Shown here: positions 9,622 to 19,840 of the stretch, piece by piece
How positions within the stretch are numbered: position 1 is the stretch's first letter
Layout of the letters: each line of letters starts with the position of its first letter
Source of the DNA: a virus
Lineage: Duplodnaviria; Heunggongvirae; Uroviricota; Caudoviricetes
Length of the DNA: 64,000 nt
Virus record (IMG/VR): IMGVR_UViG_2571042445_000002
Strand: one strand, 5' to 3'
Notes under the pieces: model-generated
Database searches by the model: none
What the model saw: only the letters and a program-made list of their open reading frames with translations
Told to the model about the DNA's origin: nothing
Translations under genes and position numbers: made by a program

Positions 9622-11570
9622 TAAAGAAACCTATTCGAATAAATATCCAGTCCACTTTTGCAGATACGCTCACTGGATATACGCCTAATCGTTGGGTGGC
9701 GGAGGATATCACCGAGGATGATTTACTTATCGAGCCTGCGACGCTGGAAGATATCGAGCTGGCCTATATGGGCAACGAAATTTTGGTAACTACCAATGAG
9801 GCAATGTTCGAAGCTATAACCACAACAAAATTGCGGTTAGCGCAAACAATGCGAGCATTTGTCCGGGCGCTTAATCGCGGCCTGAATGGCACTGACATTG
9901 CTGCGGGTACGGATGAGGCAGGTGAATATGAAGACGGACGTAATAGTATCGGTGGGGCAATCATTGGGCGCGTGCGCCGGGTTGCTAATATCCCTGTTGT
10001 AACAGCACAAATACCTCTAACCGATGGACAAACGACAAGCATAATTTTCCATTCTCCAACCGCAGACGGCACAAGAATTAAAGGGGATGACGAGCTGGTT
10101 GCGTTTCAGTTTCTTCTTAACAAAAGAAACGTTACGCATGTTGTTGCGCCAATCGGTGGGCGTGATGTATCTCTGAGCCAGGTGTGTCAGGCGCTTTCTA
10201 ACCTCATTGAGCGTAACAGTGCAAAATTCAAAAAAGCAAAGGAGCGCCAGGACAAAATGAAGGCTGATATTGAGGGGTATCTCAATGAAGCCGACAAGCT
10301 GGCAGAAGAACGTTCTGTGCTGATTGAGCAGGTTGAAGACGCACAGCGGGGGCTGGCAGAGAAACGCTCAACACTCAATGATATGCAGAATAAATTAGAC
10401 GCACAAAAAGCCCTTAACGCGGAATTGCAGGCTAAGCGCGATAATTTATTGTCAGCTAAGAGCCAAGGAACTAAAGAGCGAGCCTTCAATGATCAACTGC
10501 GACACATAAAACATAATCTTGCTACAGAAGGCCAAACAACGCTGGATAATGGTGCTGTAGTTAAGTATGTCACGTCAGGCAGTGATAGCTTTGTCACGAT
10601 TGAGGCACCAGAAGGCAATTTCAGTATTGATGTCAGTGCTGTTAAAGGTGGGAGTTCAGCGGACGCTGCAACCAAATTACTTAAAGCCTATCGTGAACAT
10701 AATGCTGATCAATACAAAGTGGATGTGTTGCCGGGCCAGCCTGAGCCAACTGATCAGCCGCAGCCTGAACAGGAGCCACAACCAGCATCACATCCTGATC
10801 CCCTGGAGGTTGGTAAATATCGCTATGCGCTCCAATCTCGCCCGGCGGGTGTTGGTGCGGTTCCTGAAGGAAATAAAGCTGTACTTGACCGTCCTGATCA
10901 GGCTGATCCGTATTACGAATATGCTCGTCACGGAATCATTACGTATGACCGCAAACTGACAGATGAAGAAGTCAGTCAGTACGAGTTGCTATATCTCCCT
11001 GGTGACGATGAATTGAAAGAGATTGCAGGCGAATTGGTTGCGTCCAGTATGTCGAACCATATTGATGGCTACGTTGATCTGTTTGGAAGCGACTTGAAAA
11101 CCTTTAAGGCGCAGATAAAAATCCTCTTCCGCAAAGCATTTCCTAACGTCGCTTATCCACTTGGAGATGGGGAGAACCTTTTTATAATGGATATCTATAA
11201 CGCGCTTCAGAATCAATCAGAAGTAGTCGAAGCTGAACAGACATTAGATCAGGCGCCGGAAGCAGTACAAGAACCAGAACCTGAGTCTGAACCTGAATCC
11301 CCCCAAGAGTCTGATACAGGTTCAGATGGGCCAGTAGTTAGTGAGGCTGATCAGGAGGCGGACAGTGCGCTGGAATATCTGAAATCCGTGCCGTTGCAGT
11401 TTACGTCCCGTGATTTGACGGTGATTAGAGCGGAGTTTGATCGCATTCAGGAGGCAGCTAATGTTCTTATCAACGCAGGTCGATATGATGAGAACGAGTC
11501 ACTTGTTGGTGCGGCAGCCGATCACCTGATCAACATTCTGGCAGAGATACAACAAGGGGGCGTGTGGTGA
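9618..11570 (+). CDS. DarA-like head-associated antirestriction protein (putative)
   Basis: 650 aa (P1 DarA is about 639 aa as I recall) in the lysis-hdf-darA position; central coiled coil, acidic PEPE-rich linkers. Confidence 0.35.
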   Translation: MIKKPIRINIQSTFADTLTGYTPNRWVAEDITEDDLLIEPATLEDIELAYMGNEILVTTNEAMFEAITTTKLRLAQTMRAFVRALNRGLNGTDIAAGTDEAGEYEDGRNSIGGAIIGRVRRVANIPVVTAQIPLTDGQTTSIIFHSPTADGTRIKGDDELVAFQFLLNKRNVTHVVAPIGGRDVSLSQVCQALSNLIERNSAKFKKAKERQDKMKADIEGYLNEADKLAEERSVLIEQVEDAQRGLAEKRSTLNDMQNKLDAQKALNAELQAKRDNLLSAKSQGTKERAFNDQLRHIKHNLATEGQTTLDNGAVVKYVTSGSDSFVTIEAPEGNFSIDVSAVKGGSSADAATKLLKAYREHNADQYKVDVLPGQPEPTDQPQPEQEPQPASHPDPLEVGKYRYALQSRPAGVGAVPEGNKAVLDRPDQADPYYEYARHGIITYDRKLTDEEVSQYELLYLPGDDELKEIAGELVASSMSNHIDGYVDLFGSDLKTFKAQIKILFRKAFPNVAYPLGDGENLFIMDIYNALQNQSEVVEAEQTLDQAPEAVQEPEPESEPESPQESDTGSDGPVVSEADQEADSALEYLKSVPLQFTSRDLTVIRAEFDRIQEAANVLINAGRYDENESLVGAAADHLINILAEIQQGGVW

Positions 11571-11935
11571 AAATATCAGTAACGGAGCGCCTTAGCTTAG
11601 GCAAAGAACTGTCTGAGCTGATGTCTGCGCAAAAAAGCGCGACTGCGGTACAACGTGTCACTATTGGCGTGCGGATAGTTGAAGTGATGATGAAGCTGGG
11701 GCTTGGTTCATCGAATAATCCAGCACAACAGCAAGAAGAGGAAGTGCAACCGGCGGCACAAGAAACGCCTAAAATTGTTGCTGACTTCCTTAGTGGTGCA
11801 TTTACTAAATCATCACAAATGGAGTTCATCGATGCTTTGAGAGGCATATCTCAATATGTTGGTGAATTTTTGACACTCGACCAGGCCAAAGAACAGACCG
11901 TAAACTGGGTTTCAGCTAACGGGTATGCAGCGTAA
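11564..11935 (+). CDS. hypothetical protein (DdrA-like position)
   Basis: 123-aa ORF overlapping the upstream gene end. Confidence 0.25.
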   Translation: MVKISVTERLSLGKELSELMSAQKSATAVQRVTIGVRIVEVMMKLGLGSSNNPAQQQEEEVQPAAQETPKIVADFLSGAFTKSSQMEFIDALRGISQYVGEFLTLDQAKEQTVNWVSANGYAA

Positions 11936-12026
11936 AAGAGAGGGGCAGAATGCCCCTTTCTTCTTAAAATAGTCACCGAAATAACACACTTTTTACACTG
12001 CCTTTTTTACAGAAAGGTGGTTAATT

Positions 12027-13412
12027 GTGACTCAAAACGTAACATCAGCACTTCTGGCCGCAGCGAACATTGAGGGGGTTATCGCTGTGGTGTCATCTCT
12101 TGAAAAGCAAGAGACGAAGTTGGGGCGTAGCAGCTATGTCGTCACCAGCAAAGGCGACGAAGTTAAAACAGCGTTCAAGGTTATTGATGCCAAAAAGCTC
12201 ATCATTTCTAACAACCTGGACGGAAGTATAAATCCGTCATTTCCGGAGGAACTCCAGCCTCGCGATCGCACCCGACTGTCAAGTAAGCTCCAGGTTAACC
12301 GTATCGCCGCCAATTTACGCCCGGCACAACTCACTGATTCGGGTATGAGTAGTCATGGTTCCCCGATTGTTGGTCCGGATAATGTCGTTGAGTCTGGTAA
12401 TGGTCGAAGCATGGGAATCTGGCGTGCTTATGAACAAGGGCAGGCTGAAGATTACCGACAATATCTTATCGATCACGCTAAAGAGTTTGGCCTTAATCCC
12501 GAAGACGTCAGGGCAATGGTGATGCCTGTACTGGTTCGCGAGCGCCTCACTGACGTTGATCGTGCTCAATTTGCACGCGACTCAAACATCAGCGATCTGC
12601 AAGAGATGGCTGCAAGTGAGAAAGCGTATGCGGATGCGCAATTTCTCACTGAGAGCGTCATGGCGCTATTTAATCCTTCAGATGATGGAAATCTACTGGC
12701 GCGGTCCAATGATGCGTTTATTCGTGCGTTTTTGCACGAAATAGGTGATACCGCGACGGCAGGTTTGCTTACAGCCGATGGACGTCCAACGAAACAGCTT
12801 ATCGATCGCATTCAGAATGCGATTTTTGCCAAAGCCTATAAGGATGAGCGACTTGTTCGGCTTGTGGCGGAAGAACCGGATCCGGAAATGCGCAATATCC
12901 TGACCGCGCTTAATACAGCGGCCAGTGACTTTGCGCAAATGCAGTCGATTTCTGGCGATGCACATCATGATGCTGTAACTGGTCTGGTTGATGGTATAGA
13001 GCAGGTGAACGGTCTGGATAAACAGGCTATAGCAGCACTCCAGGACGCGATTAACCTTGTTCGTGAAGCCAAAGACAACGGTCAGGCAGTGGAAGAGGTG
13101 ATAGCCCAGCGCGGACTCTTCGGTGATAGCACGCCGGAAGCTGAGGCGTTGGCGCTATTCATCGTGGCAAATAATCGAAGCGCGAAGCGCATGGGGGCTG
13201 CATTCAAAAAAATGGCACAAAAAATCAACGACGAACTGATTCATAAACAGCAGGCGTTGGGCGATATGTTCGGCGGTGGAGATGTCGATCTACGTAGTAT
13301 TTTGACCGCTGTTTCTAATGAGATTGAACTGGAACATGGAGAGGGGAAAGGGCTTAACTTCACGATGTTCGAAGCCAAAACAGAACAAAGCGATTTTGGG
13401 CTGGAAACCTGA
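12027..13412 (+). CDS. hypothetical protein (DdrB-like position)
   Basis: 461 aa, GTG start with AAAGGTGG RBS; last gene of the operon before a terminator. Confidence 0.3.
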   Translation: MTQNVTSALLAAANIEGVIAVVSSLEKQETKLGRSSYVVTSKGDEVKTAFKVIDAKKLIISNNLDGSINPSFPEELQPRDRTRLSSKLQVNRIAANLRPAQLTDSGMSSHGSPIVGPDNVVESGNGRSMGIWRAYEQGQAEDYRQYLIDHAKEFGLNPEDVRAMVMPVLVRERLTDVDRAQFARDSNISDLQEMAASEKAYADAQFLTESVMALFNPSDDGNLLARSNDAFIRAFLHEIGDTATAGLLTADGRPTKQLIDRIQNAIFAKAYKDERLVRLVAEEPDPEMRNILTALNTAASDFAQMQSISGDAHHDAVTGLVDGIEQVNGLDKQAIAALQDAINLVREAKDNGQAVEEVIAQRGLFGDSTPEAEALALFIVANNRSAKRMGAAFKKMAQKINDELIHKQQALGDMFGGGDVDLRSILTAVSNEIELEHGEGKGLNFTMFEAKTEQSDFGLET

Positions 13413-13427
13413 CCTGGCGACCGGACA

Positions 13428-13465
13428 CCCCGGATAACCTCCGGGGGATTCGGTATTTCTTCTTT
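13428..13465 (+). terminator. terminator candidate after the dar-like operon
   Basis: ccccgga/tccgggg stem followed by T-rich tract. Confidence 0.4.
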
Positions 13466-13523
13466 GAATAGAGCGTTTTTAACAAATACCCCGTAAATCC
13501 TCGCCCAGCAGGGCGGGGAGCAG

Positions 13524-13955
13524 TCACCGCATTGGTGTGACAGATACGACGATATTTTTATTCAGTTGATGCAGTGCCAGCTCGACAGTTTCAACTTTCG
13601 ATGAATGTTCGACGTCGAGAAGCCGATCAATCTGAGTTCCATTTTTTCCGAGTTTGCGCGCCAACTCTGCTTTGCGTGTGCCGGTTTCTATCATCGCGTT
13701 GTGGAGTGCAGCCTTCATTGCTGGTAGCACTGGCAAAGAGACAACGTACTCACCTTCTTTTGGCTCGCTACCAGTGGGAACAGGTCGGCGTTCTTCAATC
13801 TCAATCGCAACCGCTGCGACCAATCCATAACCAGCCTCAAGCAACGCTTCTTCAACTGAGTCACCCACGGAATTAAACAATGGTAGGTCGCGGCATGATA
13901 CGACATACGCGCCGGTTTTGTCGTCGCGCTCCAGTTTTACCGGATAGTTAAACAT
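13524..13955 (-). CDS. hicB: HicB-family antitoxin
   Basis: 143 aa, N-terminal HicB fold-like region plus C-terminal HTH; directly downstream of hicA. Confidence 0.8.
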   Translation of the reverse strand: MFNYPVKLERDDKTGAYVVSCRDLPLFNSVGDSVEEALLEAGYGLVAAVAIEIEERRPVPTGSEPKEGEYVVSLPVLPAMKAALHNAMIETGTRKAELARKLGKNGTQIDRLLDVEHSSKVETVELALHQLNKNIVVSVTPMR

Positions 13956-13985
13956 AGAGAAGCTCCTAGTGAAAAAGGCTGGGGC

Positions 13986-14168
13986 TTAAAGCCCCAGGTC
14001 CTTCATTATTTTCTTGCGTAGCGGTTCAGGCATTTCCTTTGAACCGTGGTCCGGGAAAACCGACCGCTTTCCGTTCAGGTTCACTTTCTGATGACTGCCG
14101 CCACCAGGCGCTTTCCTGAACTCTGCCCCTTGCTGGATTAACCAGCGTTTGAACTCTGAATACTTCAC
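13986..14168 (-). CDS. hicA: HicA-family mRNA interferase toxin
   Basis: 60 aa, GGGSHQK motif typical of HicA. Confidence 0.8.
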   Translation of the reverse strand: MKYSEFKRWLIQQGAEFRKAPGGGSHQKVNLNGKRSVFPDHGSKEMPEPLRKKIMKDLGL

Positions 14169-14347
14169 AAGTTTCCTTATGCAATTTATCCATCATGGGC
14201 GATAAGAATAGTAACACAAAAGATATAAAACACAACAAAAATGTTTATAAACATAACTTCCTTGTTTGGTGGTTGCGTTTTTGGAAAAGCATTTCCGCAT
14301 ATGGAAAAACATCAGCATATGGTGAAAACAACGAAAAATTACTGATG

Positions 14348-14363
14348 AAATCACACACTGGAT
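14348..14363 (+). promoter_or_regulatory. candidate late-promoter element (AAATCACACACTGGAT)
   Basis: conserved 16-bp motif 38 bp upstream of the portal-like gene. Confidence 0.4.
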
Positions 14364-14400
14364 AAGCTGCCACGAAATCGGAAACCTTTTGCGGTGAATC

Positions 14401-16086
14401 ATGGCAACGAAAGACAAAAACAAGGGCTTTCTGTCGGCATTGAAGAAAGCCTTCAGCGGTGGTGATGTTACGCCTGCCGATCCGGTCGTATTTGCGAGCG
14501 GGCATAGCGTCGTTGCTCGTTCTGGCCTGTCCGCCTTGCGTCCTGGCATCCTGGGGAGCAATAGCGATGGCATGACAAGCGCGGCGGATACTGTATCTAT
14601 ATCGGCAGAATTACCGAGTGACCGCCTGCAAAAATACAACATACTGGAGACGATGGCGAAAAGTCCGACTATCTCCACAGCATTAAACATTCACATTGCG
14701 CATTCTCTGGCTCCATCAAAAAAAACAGGCCTCGCATTTATTCTCTCTCCGAAAAATGGGGCGGATAAGGAGGCTGTAAGTCGATGTGAGGAATTGACCG
14801 CTGATTTAAGCTCAATGATTAATGATGGCCTGCCATCGTGGGCCATGATCATGGCTATTTTCGGTGTGTCGTATATCCGTCCATATGCAGAGCAAGGGAA
14901 GGGGATAACTGGAATTGAGTCGAGCTATTACACGCTCCCTCATTTCGTTCAGGAGTTTTATCGCGGTAGCCAACTTGTCGGATTCAGCGGTGATTATATT
15001 CTGGATACGCATACTTTGCGCAGAGTTATAACCGAACCGTGGAATCTGGTTTCCATGAAAAACCCGTACTGGACGCCTCAGCATAAAGTAATGCCAGTAA
15101 CTTACGGCACTAAAGGCTATTCCTTGCTTAGTGAACAGCAGGACAAGCCGTTAATGGAGACGCAGAACTACGGTACGTCGTTTCTTGAATACAGTTATGA
15201 ACCCTACCTGAATTTATGTGCCGCGCTTGCTGCGCTGAAAGCAACGCGAAACAACGCTGCAAAAATTGATCGCCTGATTGCACTCACAACGAACACGATA
15301 GATCCGGTAAACGCGGCGAATTATACGCGCGGGATCAGCCAGGCACTGAAGCGTCATAGCGACCTCGTAGCGCAACGGTCGATTAATTCTAATGCTCTCC
15401 CATCTGTACTTAACCATCTGATACCCGTCATGGGGGATGGGAAGAACGGGATCACCATTGATACGCAATCTATACCCGCAGATATCAGTGGTATCGAAGA
15501 CGTTATGTTTCATCTCCGACAGCTCGCGGCAAGCCTCGGTATTGACGCAACAATGCTTGGCTGGGCTGATCAGATGAGTGGTGGACTTGGAGAAGGCGGT
15601 TGGCAGCAAACAGCTATCCAGGCCGCCTTACGCGCGAACTGGATCAGGCAGGCCGCCCAGCGGACTATTTATCGGCTTCATGACATTCACCTCGCTTATA
15701 AATACGGGAAGGTTTACACCGAAAAAAACCGTCCTTATGACGTGCAATTCAACTCAATGAACACAGCTATCCAGGAAGAGGAAAACCGAGAGCTGGATGC
15801 GCGCGCCAACTTCGTAGCTGTCATCTCGCAAATAATGGACCAGATCCAGAACAACCCGAAACTGGCGGGTAGCGACGCGTTTATGCGTTATCTGTTCACC
15901 GAACAGCTTCGTATCGACGATGACACTCTCAACGTAATGATCCAAGAGTTTAAGGCGAATGAATCAGAGCAAAACAACGAGCATGGTATGTACGAATCCG
16001 CGCCGTTGTCGTCCGGTGACGATCCGGAAAACTGGACGCAAGAACAATTAATCAACTTTGCAAAATTTGTGATGAGCAATAATTAA
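14401..16086 (+). CDS. portal-like head protein (putative)
   Basis: 561 aa acidic protein heading a late operon, followed by a protease/scaffold-like gene. Confidence 0.35.
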   Translation: MATKDKNKGFLSALKKAFSGGDVTPADPVVFASGHSVVARSGLSALRPGILGSNSDGMTSAADTVSISAELPSDRLQKYNILETMAKSPTISTALNIHIAHSLAPSKKTGLAFILSPKNGADKEAVSRCEELTADLSSMINDGLPSWAMIMAIFGVSYIRPYAEQGKGITGIESSYYTLPHFVQEFYRGSQLVGFSGDYILDTHTLRRVITEPWNLVSMKNPYWTPQHKVMPVTYGTKGYSLLSEQQDKPLMETQNYGTSFLEYSYEPYLNLCAALAALKATRNNAAKIDRLIALTTNTIDPVNAANYTRGISQALKRHSDLVAQRSINSNALPSVLNHLIPVMGDGKNGITIDTQSIPADISGIEDVMFHLRQLAASLGIDATMLGWADQMSGGLGEGGWQQTAIQAALRANWIRQAAQRTIYRLHDIHLAYKYGKVYTEKNRPYDVQFNSMNTAIQEEENRELDARANFVAVISQIMDQIQNNPKLAGSDAFMRYLFTEQLRIDDDTLNVMIQEFKANESEQNNEHGMYESAPLSSGDDPENWTQEQLINFAKFVMSNN

Positions 16087-16099
16087 CCGGAGGGAAATA

Positions 16100-17098
16100 A
16101 TGCAATCACTGAATACCGTTACGGATCGCTTCTCCCTGGTAGAGAAAATCCGCAAACACACACCTCAGAACAATCGCAATTACGTTATCCAGTCGGTACG
16201 AGACACATTCAACTCGCCAGAAACAAAAGAGCGTATCGCACTGGGTGAGATGTATGGTTATTACGGTCATGGTCGCCGGGCGATGCACTATAACAAAACG
16301 AAAAGCCTGGACTTGCCGGAAGTCTCTGTTGTGATGGTAGATGGGAAGCCTGTTGTATTGGAGAACGTGCCGTCAAACAGGACTATCGACATTTCAATTG
16401 ACGACAACGGCATTGTTACCCATACACAGGAAATACTGGATACGGACACCGGACGTATTGTTCAGGGTATGATTAATTCTGGCGCAGGTGGTTGGTCATG
16501 GGCTACATCTGGTCCAGATTACTCTGTATCCCTGGTAAAGTCTTTTCACGGTTTTGATTACGTAACTGTGCCTAACTATATCAGCCTCGACAAGAAAAGC
16601 CTGATGCTTGAATCAGCAGAAGAACGCGACGCGGCGATTCATGCGGCACTTATCGAACAAGGTTTTACCGATAATGCTGCTACGGATCTGGTTCACCACT
16701 TTTCAGCAATGAAGAGTCAGCAAGCCATATTCGAATCAGCACAACGTGAAGTTCTGGAGTCGGAACTGATACATCTTGAAGTGGAAAATATGCAGCTTCG
16801 CGACAAACTACGCGACCAGGCCGCGATGATGGAAAGCCAGGGGGAGAACGCGAAGAAATGCCGCCGTATTTTGCGTGATGCTATCCAGGAAATGCCTGTT
16901 TTTATCAGCGCAGAACAGCGCCGGGCGCTCTGCCGTATGCAGTCAGAGGATGATGCACGCATTGTCGCAGCGATGCTTGAATCCCTGGGGGCTAATGCCA
17001 CTTATGGTCTGCCAATATCAGCCAATAAACAACAAGAAATACCGGTGAAAGAGAACAAGACGGTGACTCCGCTGATCTTTGTGTCTAAGAGGATGTGA
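16100..17098 (+). CDS. head maturation protease/scaffold-like protein (putative)
   Basis: 332 aa, globular N-terminal part plus C-terminal coiled coil (Mu I-like architecture). Confidence 0.3.
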   Translation: MQSLNTVTDRFSLVEKIRKHTPQNNRNYVIQSVRDTFNSPETKERIALGEMYGYYGHGRRAMHYNKTKSLDLPEVSVVMVDGKPVVLENVPSNRTIDISIDDNGIVTHTQEILDTDTGRIVQGMINSGAGGWSWATSGPDYSVSLVKSFHGFDYVTVPNYISLDKKSLMLESAEERDAAIHAALIEQGFTDNAATDLVHHFSAMKSQQAIFESAQREVLESELIHLEVENMQLRDKLRDQAAMMESQGENAKKCRRILRDAIQEMPVFISAEQRRALCRMQSEDDARIVAAMLESLGANATYGLPISANKQQEIPVKENKTVTPLIFVSKRM

Positions 17099-17111
17099 GC
17101 TAAAAGCTAGC

Positions 17112-17128
17112 TTAATTTTCTAACACAG
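17112..17128. promoter_or_regulatory. operator-like motif TTAATTTTCTAACA
   Basis: member of the dispersed 14-bp motif family. Confidence 0.5.
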
Positions 17129-17215
17129 TGTGTTTTTATACACTGTTGATCCGACGGCACGTGATCGAGTAGGATCGCGGTCACTGCTCCGGTAGCGACT
17201 GCCAAAAAAAGCAAA

Positions 17216-17237
17216 AGCCGCTGAGTAGCGGCTTTTG
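17216..17237 (+). terminator. rho-independent terminator candidate
   Basis: agccgct-gagt-agcggct then TTTTGGG. Confidence 0.5.
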
Positions 17238-17297
17238 GGTGTATAAATCCACTGGCATAGATTTATACGGTAGATAGATTTTTCACGGAACTATCTG

Positions 17298-17930
17298 GTG
17301 AGTATTTTAAATTCAGTTTCAGTTACTTTCAACACTTCTGAGTATAAAAACAACACTGAATACCACAAAAAAATCAAAGGTCATCAGTTGAGTTTTTTTG
17401 CTCGTCATAGCGGTTTTCTTTCCCCTTCACATAGCGCCATTATTGCCGAGTTCGCCAACCTGGCAGGAGCTACCGATGAATACATGATCCGTCGCTCATA
17501 TGCGGATATGTCCGAGATTACAGGACGCAGTATTTCTACTGTGCGCCGGGCATTTGCCGAAGCGACGAAGTGCGGAATGCTTGTTAAGCAGCATCAGGTA
17601 GCGAATAACAATGCTCAGGTGTGTAACGTGTACCGGTTTACAACACAATTTCTCCACTTCATTCATGTAGCAATGGAGATAGGGAGTAAGCAGGGCATCA
17701 AATTTGCCAACGCCACAAAACTGGTTAAGCAGTTGATTTCAAAGGTTCGTTATTTTTTTGAAACTGGGAACCCCCTGTTCAAATTGAACAAGTCCCCCCA
17801 TGTTCAAAATGAACAGCCAATAGAAAATAAGAGTCACTCTATAGCCAAAAGAAGAGAAAGATCATGCGCGGTTCAGCCAAAGGCTTCACCAGCAGATAGT
17901 TCTCAAGCGGATAATGGGGGGGCTGGATAA
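17298..17930 (+). CDS. HTH protein, possible RepL-like lytic replication protein
   Basis: 210 aa, GTG start; winged-helix-like segment ITGRSISTVRRAFAEATKCGML; downstream of an operator motif as P1 kilA-repL is. Confidence 0.3.
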   Translation: MSILNSVSVTFNTSEYKNNTEYHKKIKGHQLSFFARHSGFLSPSHSAIIAEFANLAGATDEYMIRRSYADMSEITGRSISTVRRAFAEATKCGMLVKQHQVANNNAQVCNVYRFTTQFLHFIHVAMEIGSKQGIKFANATKLVKQLISKVRYFFETGNPLFKLNKSPHVQNEQPIENKSHSIAKRRERSCAVQPKASPADSSQADNGGAG

Positions 17931-18261
17931 AAAACCAGTAATCAGGGAAGAACATACCAACCACTGCCTGGCGGCGGCAAAAGCGAGAGCTGCAAAGCGT
18001 CGTTCAGATGAGGGGCACGCAAAACGGCAGGCTCTGTATCGTACCGCTGAAAAGCTGGCAAAAAAATTTGCATGGATACGTAGTGCCGCTACAGCAGTGA
18101 ATAAGCCTAAACAATCCAGTGCCCTGGATTTCTCAATGGATTATTCTGGCTCCCAGGGGTGTGCAACCATTGGTGAAGCCTTTGACCTGATGAAACAGCG
18201 TGGCTATCGGTCTGAATTTGACCGGGAAGACTGGTCAATTCCGGAGGGCTTTCGGGGATGA
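17914..18261 (+). CDS. basic hypothetical protein
   Basis: 115 aa, overlaps upstream gene. Confidence 0.25.
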   Translation: MGGLDKKPVIREEHTNHCLAAAKARAAKRRSDEGHAKRQALYRTAEKLAKKFAWIRSAATAVNKPKQSSALDFSMDYSGSQGCATIGEAFDLMKQRGYRSEFDREDWSIPEGFRG

Positions 18262-18317
18262 TGTTGCGATTGACTGTACAATAACCGTGCGGCGGGAATT
18301 TCATCGCTCGAAAATGT

Positions 18318-18350
18318 ATGTTAGAAAATTAAATTGATGTTTCTAATCAA
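18318..18350. promoter_or_regulatory. operator-like motif pair
   Basis: ATGTTAGAAAATTAAA plus partial inverted copy TTTCTAA. Confidence 0.45.
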
Positions 18351-18539
18351 GAATGTATGATTTATATCGTCACTAAAAAACAGCATCTGATAAAAATTCT
18401 GTTGATCTTTCTAATGTTCAGGCTTATATTCATGCCGTCGTAGCAAATTCTGCGACCGGGTTTAGCAGCCTGAATGTTAGTGCGGACAACCGCAGATATC
18501 CGATATTGCGGTATTTTTGTGTCCGTAAAACCGCGTTAC

Positions 18540-18677
18540 GCCCAAATTATGGTGGGGCGTGATGGGGAGGCTTCGGCCTGCTGGTTTCACTAACGCCAGT
18601 CTGCTAACCCCGTCACGTCCTGCCACCTGTTTAGCAGCGGGTAGCAGGTTGTTAAACCTGTTAGTGAGGCCGTAACT
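18540..18677 (+). ncRNA. candidate c4-like antisense RNA / structured leader
   Basis: hairpins (e.g. gaggc-UUCG-gcctg) in the leader just upstream of icd-like gene. Confidence 0.25.
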
Positions 18678-18902
18678 ATGGTTAATGCCAATCCTTGCTC
18701 ACGTCCAGAATTCATCTGGCGTTTTCACTCCCTGCAAAAACACTGCGATCACTTCGCAATTGCCGCAACTGAAAAAGAAGCCCGTTCTCTGATCCCTGAT
18801 CAGTATGGCGTTCTCACTGGTCGTTTCTCTACTTCCCCACAACCAAACACCAATCCCTGGTATCGCAATATTACCAATCCCGGCATTGCGGAGGCTCACT
18901 GA
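18678..18902 (+). CDS. Icd-like small protein
   Basis: 74 aa, stop overlaps the ant start (TGATG); paralogue at 59521. Confidence 0.4.
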   Translation: MVNANPCSRPEFIWRFHSLQKHCDHFAIAATEKEARSLIPDQYGVLTGRFSTSPQPNTNPWYRNITNPGIAEAH

Positions 18903-19609
18903 TGGATATCTGCATTCTCGAAAAGCCATCAATGACCAGCATTGAGATCGCGGAGCTGGTGGGAAAACGTCATGACAATGTGAAACGCACTATTGAGACA
19001 TTAGACAAAGGTGGCGTTATTGTTCGTCCTCAAATTGAGGTTTTCGAAAAAATCAATAACTTAGGACTACGACGTAGTGTTGAGGCTTACGTCTTCGAAG
19101 GCGAGCAAGGCAAGCGCGATAGCATTATCGTCGTCGCGCAGCTCTCTCCCGAATTCACCGCCCGGCTGGTGGACCGCTGGCGCGAACTGGAAGAACAAGT
19201 ACGCCAGCCGTTGACCGAAATAGAGATGATCGCTGCAATGGCTGCAAATGCAGTTCAGCAGCAAAAGCGGCTTCATGTTGTTGAGTCAAAGGTTAGCCAG
19301 GTTGCTGAAACCGTCGAGCAGATCAAGAAGGGCAACATGCCAGAAGGTTACATTGGCTATCGTCAGTTAGCGGCGAAATGTGGCCTGACTGAAGCCAAAT
19401 GCCGTAACCTGGTCAACGCTAACCGGATTCCCACAGATACGCATGAGTTTTTGACGCCAGAGGGGGTATTGTCGCGTCGTACTATTGTGGCCTTATCTCC
19501 CTTCATGAATGCCTTTACCCTGATGATGTCGGAGGCTGAACACCGAGGAAAACGCTGGTATCACCCAAGGATGGGACAATTCCAGGTGATCGGTTGGGGA
19601 GGCGAGTGA
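18902..19609 (+). CDS. ant: antirepressor, Rha-family N-terminal domain protein (split form)
   Basis: MTSIEIAELVGKRHDNVKRTIE matches the Rha/antirepressor N-terminal signature. Confidence 0.55.
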   Translation: MDICILEKPSMTSIEIAELVGKRHDNVKRTIETLDKGGVIVRPQIEVFEKINNLGLRRSVEAYVFEGEQGKRDSIIVVAQLSPEFTARLVDRWRELEEQVRQPLTEIEMIAAMAANAVQQQKRLHVVESKVSQVAETVEQIKKGNMPEGYIGYRQLAAKCGLTEAKCRNLVNANRIPTDTHEFLTPEGVLSRRTIVALSPFMNAFTLMMSEAEHRGKRWYHPRMGQFQVIGWGGE

Positions 19610-19806
19610 TGGACATCATGCAGGCGGTAAAAAAAATCAGGGAAGGACAGGCTGAAGTGTGCCGCCGTAAAGCATGGAGTGTTGGTATATGGATCTGGCC
19701 TGATAATTGCTCTACTACCGGATGGTTTTGTATTAATGGATGCCAGATCCGGGAAGTCGATTTATCGACGGCGGATGCAGTCGGTAATGATTGGATCGTA
19801 ACTTGA
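19609..19806 (+). CDS. antirepressor C-terminal domain as a separate coupled ORF
   Basis: ATG at 19609 overlaps upstream stop (TGATG), GGAGG seven nt upstream; product aligns to the C-terminus of the fused Ant at 59736-60662. Confidence 0.4.
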   Translation: MDIMQAVKKIREGQAEVCRRKAWSVGIWIWPDNCSTTGWFCINGCQIREVDLSTADAVGNDWIVT

Positions 19807-19814
19807 AGTGTGAT

Positions 19815-19840
19815 GCCCCGGCCTGGCCGGGGCTTTTTCA
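19815..19840. terminator. bidirectional terminator candidate
   Basis: gccccgg-cctgg-ccggggc followed by TTTTT, between convergent genes. Confidence 0.55.
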
